64,000 bases of DNA. It comes from a virus. The notes below the pieces were generated by a model. It saw nothing but the letters and a program-made list of their open reading frames with translations, searched no databases and had not been told where the DNA came from. Where the stretch lies: IMG/VR virus record IMGVR_UViG_3300028840_004908. One strand, written 5' to 3'. Of the stretch, positions 26,116 to 34,987 are shown in pieces (within the stretch, counting starts at the first letter, position 1; each line of letters starts with the position of its first letter). Both the position numbers and the translations under genes were made by a program.

Positions 26116-26586
26116 CTACTGCTCGTCGGAAATATCCACAGGCGGCAGAGGAGCTTTTTCTCCAGCCGGTTTTTCCGGAGCTGACGCTGGCGCAGCGGGT
26201 TCCTTCTTGGGCTTGTTTTTGCTGCCCTTCGGACGGCCACCCTTCTTCTTGGGCTTGGGTCCGCGCTTTTTAACAGCCTTCTTGCCGGGTTTGGGTCCGG
26301 GCTTTGCCTTTTTCGGGCGTCCGGGCTTTGCCTTTTTCTTCGTGACCGTTTTCTTTTTGGCCTTGGGCTTTTTGCCGCTGCCCTTGGGCCTGCCCGGTTT
26401 ACCCTTCTTTTTCGTGGCCACTTTCTTCTTGGTTGCCTTCTTCTTAGCAACCGCTTTGGGCTTGCGCCCCGGTTTTCCCTTCTTGGCCTTCAGCTTGGCG
26501 ACAACCTTTTCCAGCTTTGCCACCTTGCGCGTCAGCACAAGCATTGACTTGGCAACCAGTTTTGCCATTACGACAATTTCTTTCAT
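26116..26586 (-). CDS. histone H1-like / AT-hook-like Lys-Ala-Pro-rich DNA-binding protein
   Basis: repeated KPGRPKGSGKKPKAKKK, KPGRPKKAKPGPKPGKK, GGRPKGSKNKPKK motifs. Confidence 0.55.
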   Translation of the reverse strand: MKEIVVMAKLVAKSMLVLTRKVAKLEKVVAKLKAKKGKPGRKPKAVAKKKATKKKVATKKKGKPGRPKGSGKKPKAKKKTVTKKKAKPGRPKKAKPGPKPGKKAVKKRGPKPKKKGGRPKGSKNKPKKEPAAPASAPEKPAGEKAPLPPVDISDEQ

Positions 26587-26843
26587 TCTTCCTTCTCCTT
26601 GTCCAAAGTGAACGGTATATATTTTCCCTGCTCTAACAAGTAAGCAAGGTCAACCATGCTCAGGAATTCGACCTTATTTGGGACAACTTCTTTTGCGTAG
26701 GCAGTGCCGGAAACGTTTCCATCACTACCGACACTGACACCATAGTAATTGTCAGCATACTCACGTTCAAATTCGAGCTTCCCTCCCATAGCTCGGACTT
26801 TGACTGCTTGGACCATCTGTTCTTTGATTTGCTCATTGGTCAT
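26583..26843 (-). CDS. hypothetical protein
   Basis: 86-aa minus ORF. Confidence 0.4.
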   Translation of the reverse strand: MTNEQIKEQMVQAVKVRAMGGKLEFEREYADNYYGVSVGSDGNVSGTAYAKEVVPNKVEFLSMVDLAYLLEQGKYIPFTLDKEKEE

Positions 26844-27175
26844 TTTCCTTTCATCCTTTCATTATCCTCTTTTCTCTGTCCGATCTCTTCCCACATCTTG
26901 ATAAGTTGTTTTTGTTTTTCTTCAGTTTCCGCTTCCTTTCTTTTTGTGCCTTCGCTGATTTCATCCAATGATAGCCTACACGCTCTCAAAAACGGATGCC
27001 CTGACCAAACCAGAATAGCAACGTTAGCCCAATGATGCCATGCGAATTTGATATGAGCTTTTATTCCAAAATAGAACATGTAGATACGCGTCTTCATTAG
27101 CGACATCTTCCAAATGGTCACTTTGAACCAAAAGAAAAACCAAAGCAAACGTATCCATGTCCATAAATTACGCAT
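26840..27175 (-). CDS. membrane-associated hypothetical protein
   Basis: N-terminus LWTWIRLLWFFFWFKVTIW is hydrophobic. The C-terminus is KE-rich. Confidence 0.4.
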   Translation of the reverse strand: MRNLWTWIRLLWFFFWFKVTIWKMSLMKTRIYMFYFGIKAHIKFAWHHWANVAILVWSGHPFLRACRLSLDEISEGTKRKEAETEEKQKQLIKMWEEIGQRKEDNERMKGK

Positions 27176-27275
27176 AGCTGTCGAATCCCTTCTTGCGCTT
27201 GGCCAACTCGTCTCCAGCCGCCCAACGCAACCTGACGCGCTTCATGAACACTTTGAATTTCGCCCAGATGGTCAT

Positions 27276-27470
27276 TTATTCTTCCTTTGAAGTCACAATG
27301 ACCTGATTAGTGCATTGCGGCTCAATTACTAAGTAGCCGTTTTCCGAATGCACAATGACCTCGCCATTGCGCTCAAAAACCGTGATGTCGCCAATCCGTA
27401 TCTTGGTGCCTTCCTCCAAAGGAGTTTCAACATACTCAGCCCCGATGCGCTTGAATGCTTTCATTGTCAT
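27276..27470 (-). CDS. hypothetical protein
   Basis: 64-aa minus ORF. Confidence 0.35.
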   Translation of the reverse strand: MTMKAFKRIGAEYVETPLEEGTKIRIGDITVFERNGEVIVHSENGYLVIEPQCTNQVIVTSKEE

Positions 27471-27482
27471 AGTAGACTCTCC

Positions 27483-27980
27483 TTAAAGGAACTCGACCTT
27501 GATGGCCACTGCTTTCTCGCCCTCGTATTCGATGAAAACCGGATAGCTGCCATCGCCAACTCCGCTGGATGAAACAACGCCTCCCGGCAAAACGCCGAAC
27601 TGGTCCTTCAATGTCTTTCTGCAAACCAAATCGTACCAGTCCCCTCTGCCGAACTCACCGCTGTCCTCGTCCTCATCGCCCAAGTTGTAGTGGTCAAAGT
27701 CAAAAATCGACATCTGACCGCTGTCGACACCCGCATCGATGTTGGACGGATTGTCACTGAATTCAACGTTCTGGTGGTCTTCGTGTTTGGCGATCAGCTT
27801 GCCAACCCGAATGCCCCAGTCGTCTTCGTCTGACATCACGACAGAGCCAATCCAATTGCCGTTTTTGGCATGGACTTGACCCTGACACCATGTGCCCAAA
27901 CTGTAGCACGGGTCAGAAACAACAACCTCGCCAGAACCAATTTCAAACGTTCCAACCTTGCGTACGCTGTGTTCTTTCAT
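27483..27980 (-). CDS. hypothetical protein
   Basis: 165-aa minus ORF. Confidence 0.45.
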   Translation of the reverse strand: MKEHSVRKVGTFEIGSGEVVVSDPCYSLGTWCQGQVHAKNGNWIGSVVMSDEDDWGIRVGKLIAKHEDHQNVEFSDNPSNIDAGVDSGQMSIFDFDHYNLGDEDEDSGEFGRGDWYDLVCRKTLKDQFGVLPGGVVSSSGVGDGSYPVFIEYEGEKAVAIKVEFL

Positions 27981-27983
27981 CGC

Positions 27984-28286
27984 TCATCCTTTCATTGCGA
28001 ATTCCAAATGTCCCCTGAGCCACGCGGAAATTTCCTGCATGCTCGAAGGAACAAGCCTGTCGTAATATTTGATACTCTTTTCACAAGCCCTCTTTTTGGG
28101 CGTTGTGTCAGTTCGGACTCGAAAAACGATACGCCGGTCATGATTCCAACTGCCGTAAAGAGCAGTGTAGAATCGAAATTGACCATCTTTGAACGTGTAA
28201 ACCATTCTTTCATTCTCCTTCACTATCCATCTTCCAGTATCTTGACTGCATTCTGCTGCCAAGGGCTGTCTTCCGTTTTCCAACAA
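27984..28286 (-). CDS. hypothetical protein
   Basis: 100-aa minus ORF. Confidence 0.35.
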   Translation of the reverse strand: MLENGRQPLAAECSQDTGRWIVKENERMVYTFKDGQFRFYTALYGSWNHDRRIVFRVRTDTTPKKRACEKSIKYYDRLVPSSMQEISAWLRGHLEFAMKG

Positions 28287-28504
28287 TACCTAACACTGTA
28301 ATTTTGTCCCGGACTCAGATTCGCTAAACACCTTCCACAATGCTTGTTCAAATACTCGCAGGAATCTTCATGTATATCAATATCCCCGTACTCACATTTG
28401 CACTTTGGAACGCGCATTGGCTCGCCGCAAGCACAACAAAATGCGCGAAGCCAACGACTGCCTTGAATTGGAGAACCAATCAATCCACGCTCAATGTCGT
28501 TCAT
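28223..28504 (-). CDS. Cys-rich hypothetical protein
   Basis: CCACGEPMRVPKCKCEYGD...CEYLNKHCGRC. Confidence 0.35.
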   Translation of the reverse strand: MNDIERGLIGSPIQGSRWLRAFCCACGEPMRVPKCKCEYGDIDIHEDSCEYLNKHCGRCLANLSPGQNYSVRYCWKTEDSPWQQNAVKILEDG

Positions 28505-28508
28505 TCTT

Positions 28509-28847
28509 TCATCCTCTCATATGATTGAGAGCATCAGCGATAGCAAAAAGTCCTTTGGCAATAGAATCAAGTTTATTAGCGATTCCCGATTCCGAATGAG
28601 TCCGTGGAACAATCTCGTCTTTCAAATGAAGCCCAAAATCAGCAAGTGTTTGATTTATGTATTTGATTGTTCCCGCGCCAATTCCGAATTGTATTTCAAA
28701 ATGTTGAACAGGATGCTTAACGATGTCCCGGACTGTTTTACATTTAAGAAATTTACAAGCTTTTCTAAAACCACACGTTGCTTTGTACTGTTTAGGAACG
28801 AGCTTAAAAAACTCTTCAATAGGGGCGTCAAGATGAATACTTTTCAT
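28509..28847 (-). CDS. hypothetical protein (possible helix-hairpin-helix)
   Basis: FGIGAGTIKYINQTLADFGL is a GxG HhH-like segment. Confidence 0.4.
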   Translation of the reverse strand: MKSIHLDAPIEEFFKLVPKQYKATCGFRKACKFLKCKTVRDIVKHPVQHFEIQFGIGAGTIKYINQTLADFGLHLKDEIVPRTHSESGIANKLDSIAKGLFAIADALNHMRG

Positions 28848-28859
28848 TCTTTCATCCTT

Positions 28860-29234
28860 TCACTTGATGTGCTCGAACTCCCTACGCCAACTGTTACCAA
28901 TTCCAGCGTTGAAGAACTTCCCTGACTCAAGAGCAATGCAGTAATCACCGCTGCGCTCTTTGGTAATCGCCTTGACAACTTCCACGCTGCCGTCATGTTC
29001 CAGTTTCCTCTTACCGCCATTGACAAAATATATCTTCACTTTGTCACCAACCTTGAGATACGTCATCCCACCACCGTGCTTGTAAACCTTCGCACGGATG
29101 CTTTTGGGCTTGACAGTGTCAATATGGTCGACTGTCTTGCCTTGGCCATCGACGAAATTAATGCCCCCGATGCCCATAGCGCCAAACGATTTGGCGATGG
29201 CTTCACGCATTTTTTGATTTTCTGATTTGCTCAT
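28860..29234 (-). CDS. hypothetical protein
   Basis: MSKSENQKMREAIA... Internal start overlapping the upstream stop. Confidence 0.4.
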   Translation of the reverse strand: MSKSENQKMREAIAKSFGAMGIGGINFVDGQGKTVDHIDTVKPKSIRAKVYKHGGGMTYLKVGDKVKIYFVNGGKRKLEHDGSVEVVKAITKERSGDYCIALESGKFFNAGIGNSWRREFEHIK

Positions 29235-29518
29235 TACTTTTGATTCCCTTCTTGGCCTACTCTTGAATAAAACTGCTTGCCGCATTCATCCTTCATGACT
29301 TCCTCCACCGTCCGTTCGCGAGTCAAATCGTTAGCCTTTTTCATAAGCTCACTCTCGTAGACTGAAGCCATGTCAACGTAAGCCTCCATTATGTCCAACA
29401 AAGGTCTCACCAGCTTTGCAGCCTCAAGTAGCGCTTCAATATGCTTGCGCTGCTCATTTGGCATCTTCTGAAGCTCGTGCTCGATGACCTCAACCGCTTT
29501 GTCCAGTTTGCTCTTCAT
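29234..29518 (-). CDS. hypothetical protein
   Basis: 94-aa minus ORF. Confidence 0.4.
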   Translation of the reverse strand: MKSKLDKAVEVIEHELQKMPNEQRKHIEALLEAAKLVRPLLDIMEAYVDMASVYESELMKKANDLTRERTVEEVMKDECGKQFYSRVGQEGNQK

Positions 29519-29684
29519 TATCGTCTTCCTTTACATAGCCAAGCTCTTTGAGTCGTTCCAAAAGCCTTTCAAAACGCCTATAAAGATGTTTTGAAGGTGG
29601 TTTGTGCGCCCGTGCATCCGTGACTATCTTTTCCCTCAAACAATCCAATTCATCCGCAATCATTCTGAGATTTTCGTCCATCAC
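29490..29684 (-). CDS. hypothetical protein
   Basis: 64-aa minus ORF. Confidence 0.35.
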   Translation of the reverse strand: MMDENLRMIADELDCLREKIVTDARAHKPPSKHLYRRFERLLERLKELGYVKEDDNEEQTGQSG

Positions 29685-30025
29685 TCTGCTCCCATGTTCG
29701 TCAAACTCAAAACCGCCTTGCCGTCTTCATTGAAACTCTTGTTCGCAGAAGCCACGGCCCAATTCTGATTCCAAATGGCCCAGCAGCAATTACAACCTTT
29801 GTCTACTTTCCGTTCGCGCAGATACAGCTGCTGGTCGCTCACCAAATGGCCGTCCTTGTACATGCGCTTCTTGATGAAATCCCAACCCTCTGCGTTCAGA
29901 ACCTTTTTGATATGATACAGAAGTCTGGATTCACCAGAACCCCATTCACTGTCGCGGAATTGCGGGTCGCCCTTTTCCCGCTCAATAAGGCATTTCCCTA
30001 CTTTGAAATCTAACGATACTTTCAT
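29681..30025 (-). CDS. hypothetical protein
   Basis: 114-aa minus ORF. Preceded by a 46-aa ORF (30026..30163, CSCCND motif) with ATGA overlap. Confidence 0.45.
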   Translation of the reverse strand: MKVSLDFKVGKCLIEREKGDPQFRDSEWGSGESRLLYHIKKVLNAEGWDFIKKRMYKDGHLVSDQQLYLRERKVDKGCNCCWAIWNQNWAVASANKSFNEDGKAVLSLTNMGAE

Positions 30026-30163
30026 TTTCCTGTTCCTTTCACCTTACGGCGTGTCCACCGGCGCAGCTTTTTCTTCTGTCCATGGAAGTCATTGCAGCAG
30101 CTACAACGCACACCGCCAACAGCGACTTTCTTGAAAGAAGTTTTCTTGTAAATATCTTTCATG

Positions 30164-30382
30164 TTATGCGTCTCCAGCTAAACCCAACAGTTGGAAACCA
30201 TCCTTCAAACGCTCTTCATAAGACAGCGTAGTTTTGGCGCTGAAATGAAACTCGTCATTTGCCTTATCGTAATCGTTATTGTCCCGGTCCTCTTCGTTTC
30301 TGTGAAGCGTCTTGCCAGTGAGCCGTTCAAGACGCTCGGCTGTCGTCCATCTTCTGACTGTTCTGTCATCGTTGATATCCAT
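30164..30382 (-). CDS. hypothetical protein with YEERLKDGFQLL C-terminal motif
   Basis: shares the C-terminal motif with 12266 and 22408. GAGGGAG SD. Class I element copy F upstream. Confidence 0.4.
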   Translation of the reverse strand: MDINDDRTVRRWTTAERLERLTGKTLHRNEEDRDNNDYDKANDEFHFSAKTTLSYEERLKDGFQLLGLAGDA

Positions 30383-30435
30383 CGCTTCGCTCCCTCAAAA
30401 AAAGTCTTACCGGGAGCCTTAACCGCATTTCCAAC

Positions 30436-30490
30436 CATTTGCCGTGAACTTTCTCAGATTTTTCCTCATTTATTGTCTACCACCGGGTGC
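30436..30490 (-). promoter_or_regulatory. class I conserved upstream element, copy F (more divergent)
   Basis: CTTAACCGCATTTCCAACCATTTGCCGTGAACTTTCTCAGATTTTTCC. It lies 55 nt 5' of ATG 30382. Confidence 0.45.
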
Positions 30491-30614
30491 CGGTGCCAAT
30501 ACCACCGCCTGCCGGTGCCATGCTGCGTCATGCTACCCCATTTGCTTCTTGACGCAGTTTTGCGTAGAGCCGGACGAAATCCATGTTTCGTTGGGATTTA
30601 ACTGGTCTGCCTTT

Positions 30615-30863
30615 TCACGCATTTATCCCCTCACTCTGCACGATATGTTCGAGCGAATATGGACAATCCCTCGGCGGACCCTCCAAACTGTACCAAAATC
30701 CGAAGAAAAACTTCCCATGTGCTTGGTTCGAACTCTCGGCCTGTACGCATGGAAACGAGACTCCCTCGCTCCAATCGTCCTCATATACGCCATGTATCTC
30801 CCAAGCTCGATGGAATGAATGCTTTCCTGAAACGCATTTAAGGCAAATCTCTTTGTCCAGCAC
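30615..30863 (-). CDS. Cys4 mini-protein family member
   Basis: MLDKEICLKC...CPYSLEHIVQ. Confidence 0.55.
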   Translation of the reverse strand: MLDKEICLKCVSGKHSFHRAWEIHGVYEDDWSEGVSFPCVQAESSNQAHGKFFFGFWYSLEGPPRDCPYSLEHIVQSEGINA

Positions 30864-31023
30864 GCTTTGCTATCTCCTTGAACTCTTGCTTCATCATCAA
30901 TATCTCAAGCTCATAAGGGCATTCTTCATTCTGCTGCTTCCCGCAAAATACCTGTATCGACCCGAACATCCTCTGTTGTATGAAATGCTTGCACTTGCCA
31001 CAAACTTCAAGAAATGCAATCAT
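30838..31023 (-). CDS. Cys4 mini-protein family member (short-form subfamily)
   Basis: MIAFLEVCGKC...CPYELEILMMKQ. Confidence 0.5.
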   Translation of the reverse strand: MIAFLEVCGKCKHFIQQRMFGSIQVFCGKQQNEECPYELEILMMKQEFKEIAKRAGQRDLP

Positions 31024-31229
31024 CGTCTCTGCCCTGCCATCAAATGCTCCAATTCATAAGGGCACCCTTCGCGAACCTTTGTGTCATCTTCAACCGCATT
31101 CATTCGTCTTTTGACTGCCATGATGCGAGCTATGTTCTCAGCGCCCCATTTCCTCCTGCGCATTATCGTCTCCAAAGTACAAACCGTTTCCTTGCATGAG
31201 TTACATATCTTGTCAATTCTCAAAGTCAT
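31020..31229 (-). CDS. Cys4 mini-protein family member (short-form subfamily)
   Basis: ...KICNSC...CPYELEHLMAGQ. Confidence 0.5.
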   Translation of the reverse strand: MTLRIDKICNSCKETVCTLETIMRRRKWGAENIARIMAVKRRMNAVEDDTKVREGCPYELEHLMAGQRR

Positions 31230-31475
31230 TGCTTTGCCTCATCATCAACAATTCCAACTCAAATGGGCACTCCTCGTCACACCTATTGCAATAAAGGCCA
31301 TCTGGACTGATCCTTGGATGCTGTAACAAATGCTGGCATCTTTTGCAAACCTCAAACGTTATCATCTTGCGCCTTCAAAAGCAACTCAAGCACATAGGGA
31401 CACTTCTTTTCATTCATTTTTAATTCGCAATAATGTGATGCGACCCCTGATCTGCGGACATAATAATGCCGACAG

Positions 31476-31700
31476 TTAGTGCAAATCTCCCAATCCATTT
31501 TCATTCGATTTTTGTTCCTTCATCAATAATTCAAGCAAATATGGACAATCATCTTCCTTCATACAAAACAATCGCCTTGTCTCCCCATGCCATATGAGCG
31601 CCCAATGTTTGCATATTTTGCTGCAAATCTCTTCGTTGTCGTCAATTTCTCTCATTCTGATTTCTGCCTTTTCATAAGCAATTCCAAAACATATGGACAA
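31476..31700 (-). CDS. Cys4 mini-protein family member (short-form subfamily)
   Basis: ...EEICSKIC...CPYLLELLMKEQ. Confidence 0.5.
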   Translation of the reverse strand: MSICFGIAYEKAEIRMREIDDNEEICSKICKHWALIWHGETRRLFCMKEDDCPYLLELLMKEQKSNENGLGDLH

Positions 31701-32388
31701 TCATCAACTGTCCCATGACAACAAAGCTGCTTCTCTTCGTTAGTCCATATGATCGCCCAATGCCTACATCGCTTGCAAATTGATATGTCAACTTGTCTCA
31801 TCGATTTCTTTCTGCTGTATCATCAATAACTCCAACTCGTAAGGACAGTCATCATACTGATCTCGAAAACAGATTCTTAACTCAGAACTATTTTTCTGCT
31901 TAATTCGTGCTAAGTGCTTGCAGTGCTTACAAGCTTTGTAATTTGCTTTCATTCGATTTCCTTCAACATCAATCGTTCCAATTCATATGGACATGGCTTA
32001 TTGAACCGCATGCAAATTATTGCCAATCCCGGTGAAACTGGAAATACGTATTTGCACTTCTTGCAAATCTCATTCGCAATCTGTTGCGCTGTTGATTCCT
32101 TCATTGCTTTGCCTCATCATCAATAACTCCAAATGATATGGACAATCATCTGTTCCGCGCTCTCTGCAAACCCATTGCCATGCAGGGTCACGGGACAATG
32201 TGTATGTATGATTGCCACATCCCTTGCAAATCTCATAAACTGTTTTCATTCGATTTCTTGCTCTTTCATAAGCAATTCAAGCTCATATGGGCATTCATCA
32301 TCGTAACGATTGCAAAAATAAAAAGTTCCGTCAATCCAATGTTCCTGCATCAAATGTTTACATCTTCTGCAAATTACAGTATCAATTT

Positions 32389-32571
32389 TCACCGATTTTT
32401 CCTCTTTTTCGCAGCAGTCTTTTGCAAATGCTCAAACAACCGCTGCACTTCAGGCGGCTGCTTTTTGAGTTCCTCAACGGCCAACCATTGCGCAAATTTT
32501 CGTATCTCAATCTCTGCCACAGGAAGCAAATCGCGCTCAGCAATGTATTTTTCTGTTAAATTTTTAAGCAT
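32389..32571 (-). CDS. hypothetical protein (non-family)
   Basis: 60-aa ORF without family motifs. Confidence 0.3.
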   Translation of the reverse strand: MLKNLTEKYIAERDLLPVAEIEIRKFAQWLAVEELKKQPPEVQRLFEHLQKTAAKKRKNR

Positions 32572-32574
32572 TGC

Positions 32575-32781
32575 TCACATCCCATGTGCGCCCAAATATC
32601 GCACGAAAGTTTCAATAGCAATTGTTCCACATGCCTTGCCGCTCATTCCAATTGCTTGACATTTTTCAAAAGCCGTCACGGACAAATCAATTGCTGTGCT
32701 GATCAAAACGGCATTTGGGTCAGCATCGATCATTGGATTCTTTTTTCCCTTTCCCATTTTCAAAATCCCTTTCTTTTTCAA
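32575..32781 (-). CDS. hypothetical protein (non-family)
   Basis: MKKKGILKMGKGKKNPMIDADPNAVL... Confidence 0.35.
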   Translation of the reverse strand: MKKKGILKMGKGKKNPMIDADPNAVLISTAIDLSVTAFEKCQAIGMSGKACGTIAIETFVRYLGAHGM

Positions 32782-33168
32782 AATTTGAAATTCGTTGAAT
32801 CAAAAAATTCTACGGCGTTTTGCTACACTTCTCAGCTTCTCACAAGCTTTCTCAATTTTGACGCACCCAGAATGCATCCTTCAAAGAACATTATGTATAA
32901 AAATACTACGCATTTCATTTGACGCACCAAAACAAAGCATATATCTCACTTTCAAAAGCATTTGCTTCCTATAATGGCCTTCAGCGTTCGATAATAGCTA
33001 TCATAGATGCTTTCAGAAGCTTCAATCATAGTATGTACACGTTCATTTCCAGAGGCAGCTTCTTTGGTATCGTTTCTGTGTTTTGAGTTTTTGAGCTTGC
33101 ATTAGATGTTCGATAGCACAAACCAGTTCTGTTCCTGTTTGTCCTCCATAATACTTGCACAGCTTTAC

Positions 33169-33354
33169 TTAGCATATTTTGTTCTCTGTTTTTGCAATAC
33201 AATGTTCCAAGGTGTACGGGCAATTATCAGGTGGATTACTTTCACAGTTTGCAGCTCCGAGAGCACGGCAGTACCAGACAGTAGGCCAGTAGTTGCGGTT
33301 GTAGTAGCTATGGAAATAGTATTTGCATTTTTGGCATATTTGTTCGCTTAGCAT
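33169..33354 (-). CDS. Cys4 mini-protein family member
   Basis: MLSEQICQKC...CPYTLEHCIAK. Confidence 0.55.
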   Translation of the reverse strand: MLSEQICQKCKYYFHSYYNRNYWPTVWYCRALGAANCESNPPDNCPYTLEHCIAKTENKIC

Positions 33355-33355
33355 T

Positions 33356-33556
33356 TTATCGCTCGATTTTTGTCATTAGATGTTCAAGGATAAAAGGGCA
33401 CGTTGACGGAGGATTATCTTCTGAGCTAAGGAACACAGGGCTATTATTTGCTTCAGGGTGTTTCACATAACACGTTATTGTTACTTTCAGTGTGTCGGAG
33501 TGCCATTGTCCGCCAGAACACTCTGGGCATTTTTGACATAGCTGTCTATTCAGCAT
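33356..33556 (-). CDS. Cys4 mini-protein family member
   Basis: MLNRQLCQKC...CPFILEHLMTK. Confidence 0.55.
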   Translation of the reverse strand: MLNRQLCQKCPECSGGQWHSDTLKVTITCYVKHPEANNSPVFLSSEDNPPSTCPFILEHLMTKIER

Positions 33557-33751
33557 TTAATTTTGCTCTCGATTTTGCATTAGATGCTCAAGAGTAAACG
33601 GGCAATAACTGTGAGGTAATACAATCCGTTTAGTCAGATTATACCAGCCTTCTGGAAAAAGACACCAGCGTTGTGTCTCTAACATTTTGAACCATTTACA
33701 CTGGTTACAGATTTTTTGCTCGATTTTTATCATTTTGTAAAACATGCTCAA
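33557..33751 (-). CDS. Cys4 mini-protein family member
   Basis: ...KICNQC...CPFTLEHLMQNREQN. Confidence 0.55.
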   Translation of the reverse strand: MSMFYKMIKIEQKICNQCKWFKMLETQRWCLFPEGWYNLTKRIVLPHSYCPFTLEHLMQNREQN

Positions 33752-33905
33752 GGCTAAAGGGGCACCGTTTTGGTATTGGTGTAGCTTTTGTAACCCATCG
33801 GCTGGTTACGGAATTAGGGACAACACAGCAGAGCCATTCCACCCATAGTCTATTGTCAGTATGATATGAATGCTTGCATTTATTACACACCGTTTTGTTT
33901 AGCAT
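33705..33905 (-). CDS. Cys4 mini-protein family member
   Basis: MLNKTVCNKC...CPFSLEHVLQN. Confidence 0.55.
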   Translation of the reverse strand: MLNKTVCNKCKHSYHTDNRLWVEWLCCVVPNSVTSRWVTKATPIPKRCPFSLEHVLQNDKNRAKNL

Positions 33906-33959
33906 TTGGTTTTAGCACCGCTCCTTTGTGCGGGTGGTTGATATAAAAAATTTGAAAGG

Positions 33960-34175
33960 TCACGACGTTTTTTTCTCACGGGTTTCGGTTTTTTGGGTAG
34001 CTACAAGGTGCTCAAGATAGTATGGGCAAGTTGTAGCCACTGTTGCTGCAACGCCTGTTAATGTTGCCCTTTCCGGTGATTTTCCTTTTCTCCAGCACCA
34101 CCAATGATTTTTTTTGAGAAGCACTTTAGCCGGTTCATAATGTTTGCATTTCCTACAGACTTTTTCACTCAGCAT
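33960..34175 (-). CDS. Cys4 mini-protein family member
   Basis: MLSEKVCRKC...CPYYLEHLVATQ. Confidence 0.55.
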   Translation of the reverse strand: MLSEKVCRKCKHYEPAKVLLKKNHWWCWRKGKSPERATLTGVAATVATTCPYYLEHLVATQKTETREKKTS

Positions 34176-34397
34176 TTATTTCGCTCGATTTTTGTTGATT
34201 TGCATAAGGTGTTCAAGGAAATACGGGCAATCATTTGGTGGTAAATCATTGACAGAGTGTTCTACGGTGAGTTTAAGTTTTCTATATCTCACGACACAGA
34301 TAAACTTTCCTTTACCCCATTGTAATTCATCCGCTTTGCTCCAGCGATGGTTTGGCCTTTTTTTAAGACATATTTGACATACCTGTTTACTCAGCAT
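34176..34397 (-). CDS. Cys4 mini-protein family member
   Basis: MLSKQVCQIC...CPYFLEHLMQ. Confidence 0.55.
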   Translation of the reverse strand: MLSKQVCQICLKKRPNHRWSKADELQWGKGKFICVVRYRKLKLTVEHSVNDLPPNDCPYFLEHLMQINKNRAK

Positions 34398-34553
34398 TAT
34401 TTCTCTCGATTTTTGTCATTTTGAATTAAGTGCTCCAAGATAAAAGGGCATTGGTCAGGGGTTTTATCATTGGGCATAGCATAGTGTTTAACGCACAACC
34501 ATCCTACAAGCCCAAATGAGAATCTTGCATGTTCGCATTTTTCGCAGATTTTT

Positions 34554-34760
34554 CTACTCAGCATTGCTTTGCGTTCCCATCAGGTGTTCGAGAGCGAATG
34601 GACAGTCGTTTGGGATTTCGTCATCTGGCATCAGGTGGAAGTTTCCGCACGTCCATCCGACGAACCCAAACGCAGGGTCTTCGTATTGTTTGCATTTTTT
34701 ACAGATTGCTTTGATTGGTTTCATGCCGCACATTTGGGTAGTAAAAATTTGAAAAGTCAC
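34554..34760 (-). CDS. Cys4 mini-protein family member
   Basis: ...AICKKC...CPFALEHLMGTQSNAE. Confidence 0.55.
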   Translation of the reverse strand: MTFQIFTTQMCGMKPIKAICKKCKQYEDPAFGFVGWTCGNFHLMPDDEIPNDCPFALEHLMGTQSNAE

Positions 34761-34987
34761 AGCGGTTTTTTCTCGCGATTACGACATATTGCAACATAGA
34801 TAATTTCTGAAGCATCATGCATTTGCATGGGCCTTTGAAGTTGCATTAGGTGTTCGAGTTCATAAGGGCATCGGTACAATTTACTTCGTTGTTCGATAGT
34901 TCCTATTTTTTCGCATGACCAAGATTTTCCGTTAATTGAACTTCCGTAATAGTACTCACATTTGTTACAGATTTTTTTACTTGGCAT
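34757..34987 (-). CDS. Cys4 mini-protein family member
   Basis: MPSKKICNKC...CPYELEHLMQLQ. Confidence 0.55.
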   Translation of the reverse strand: MPSKKICNKCEYYYGSSINGKSWSCEKIGTIEQRSKLYRCPYELEHLMQLQRPMQMHDASEIIYVAICRNREKKPL

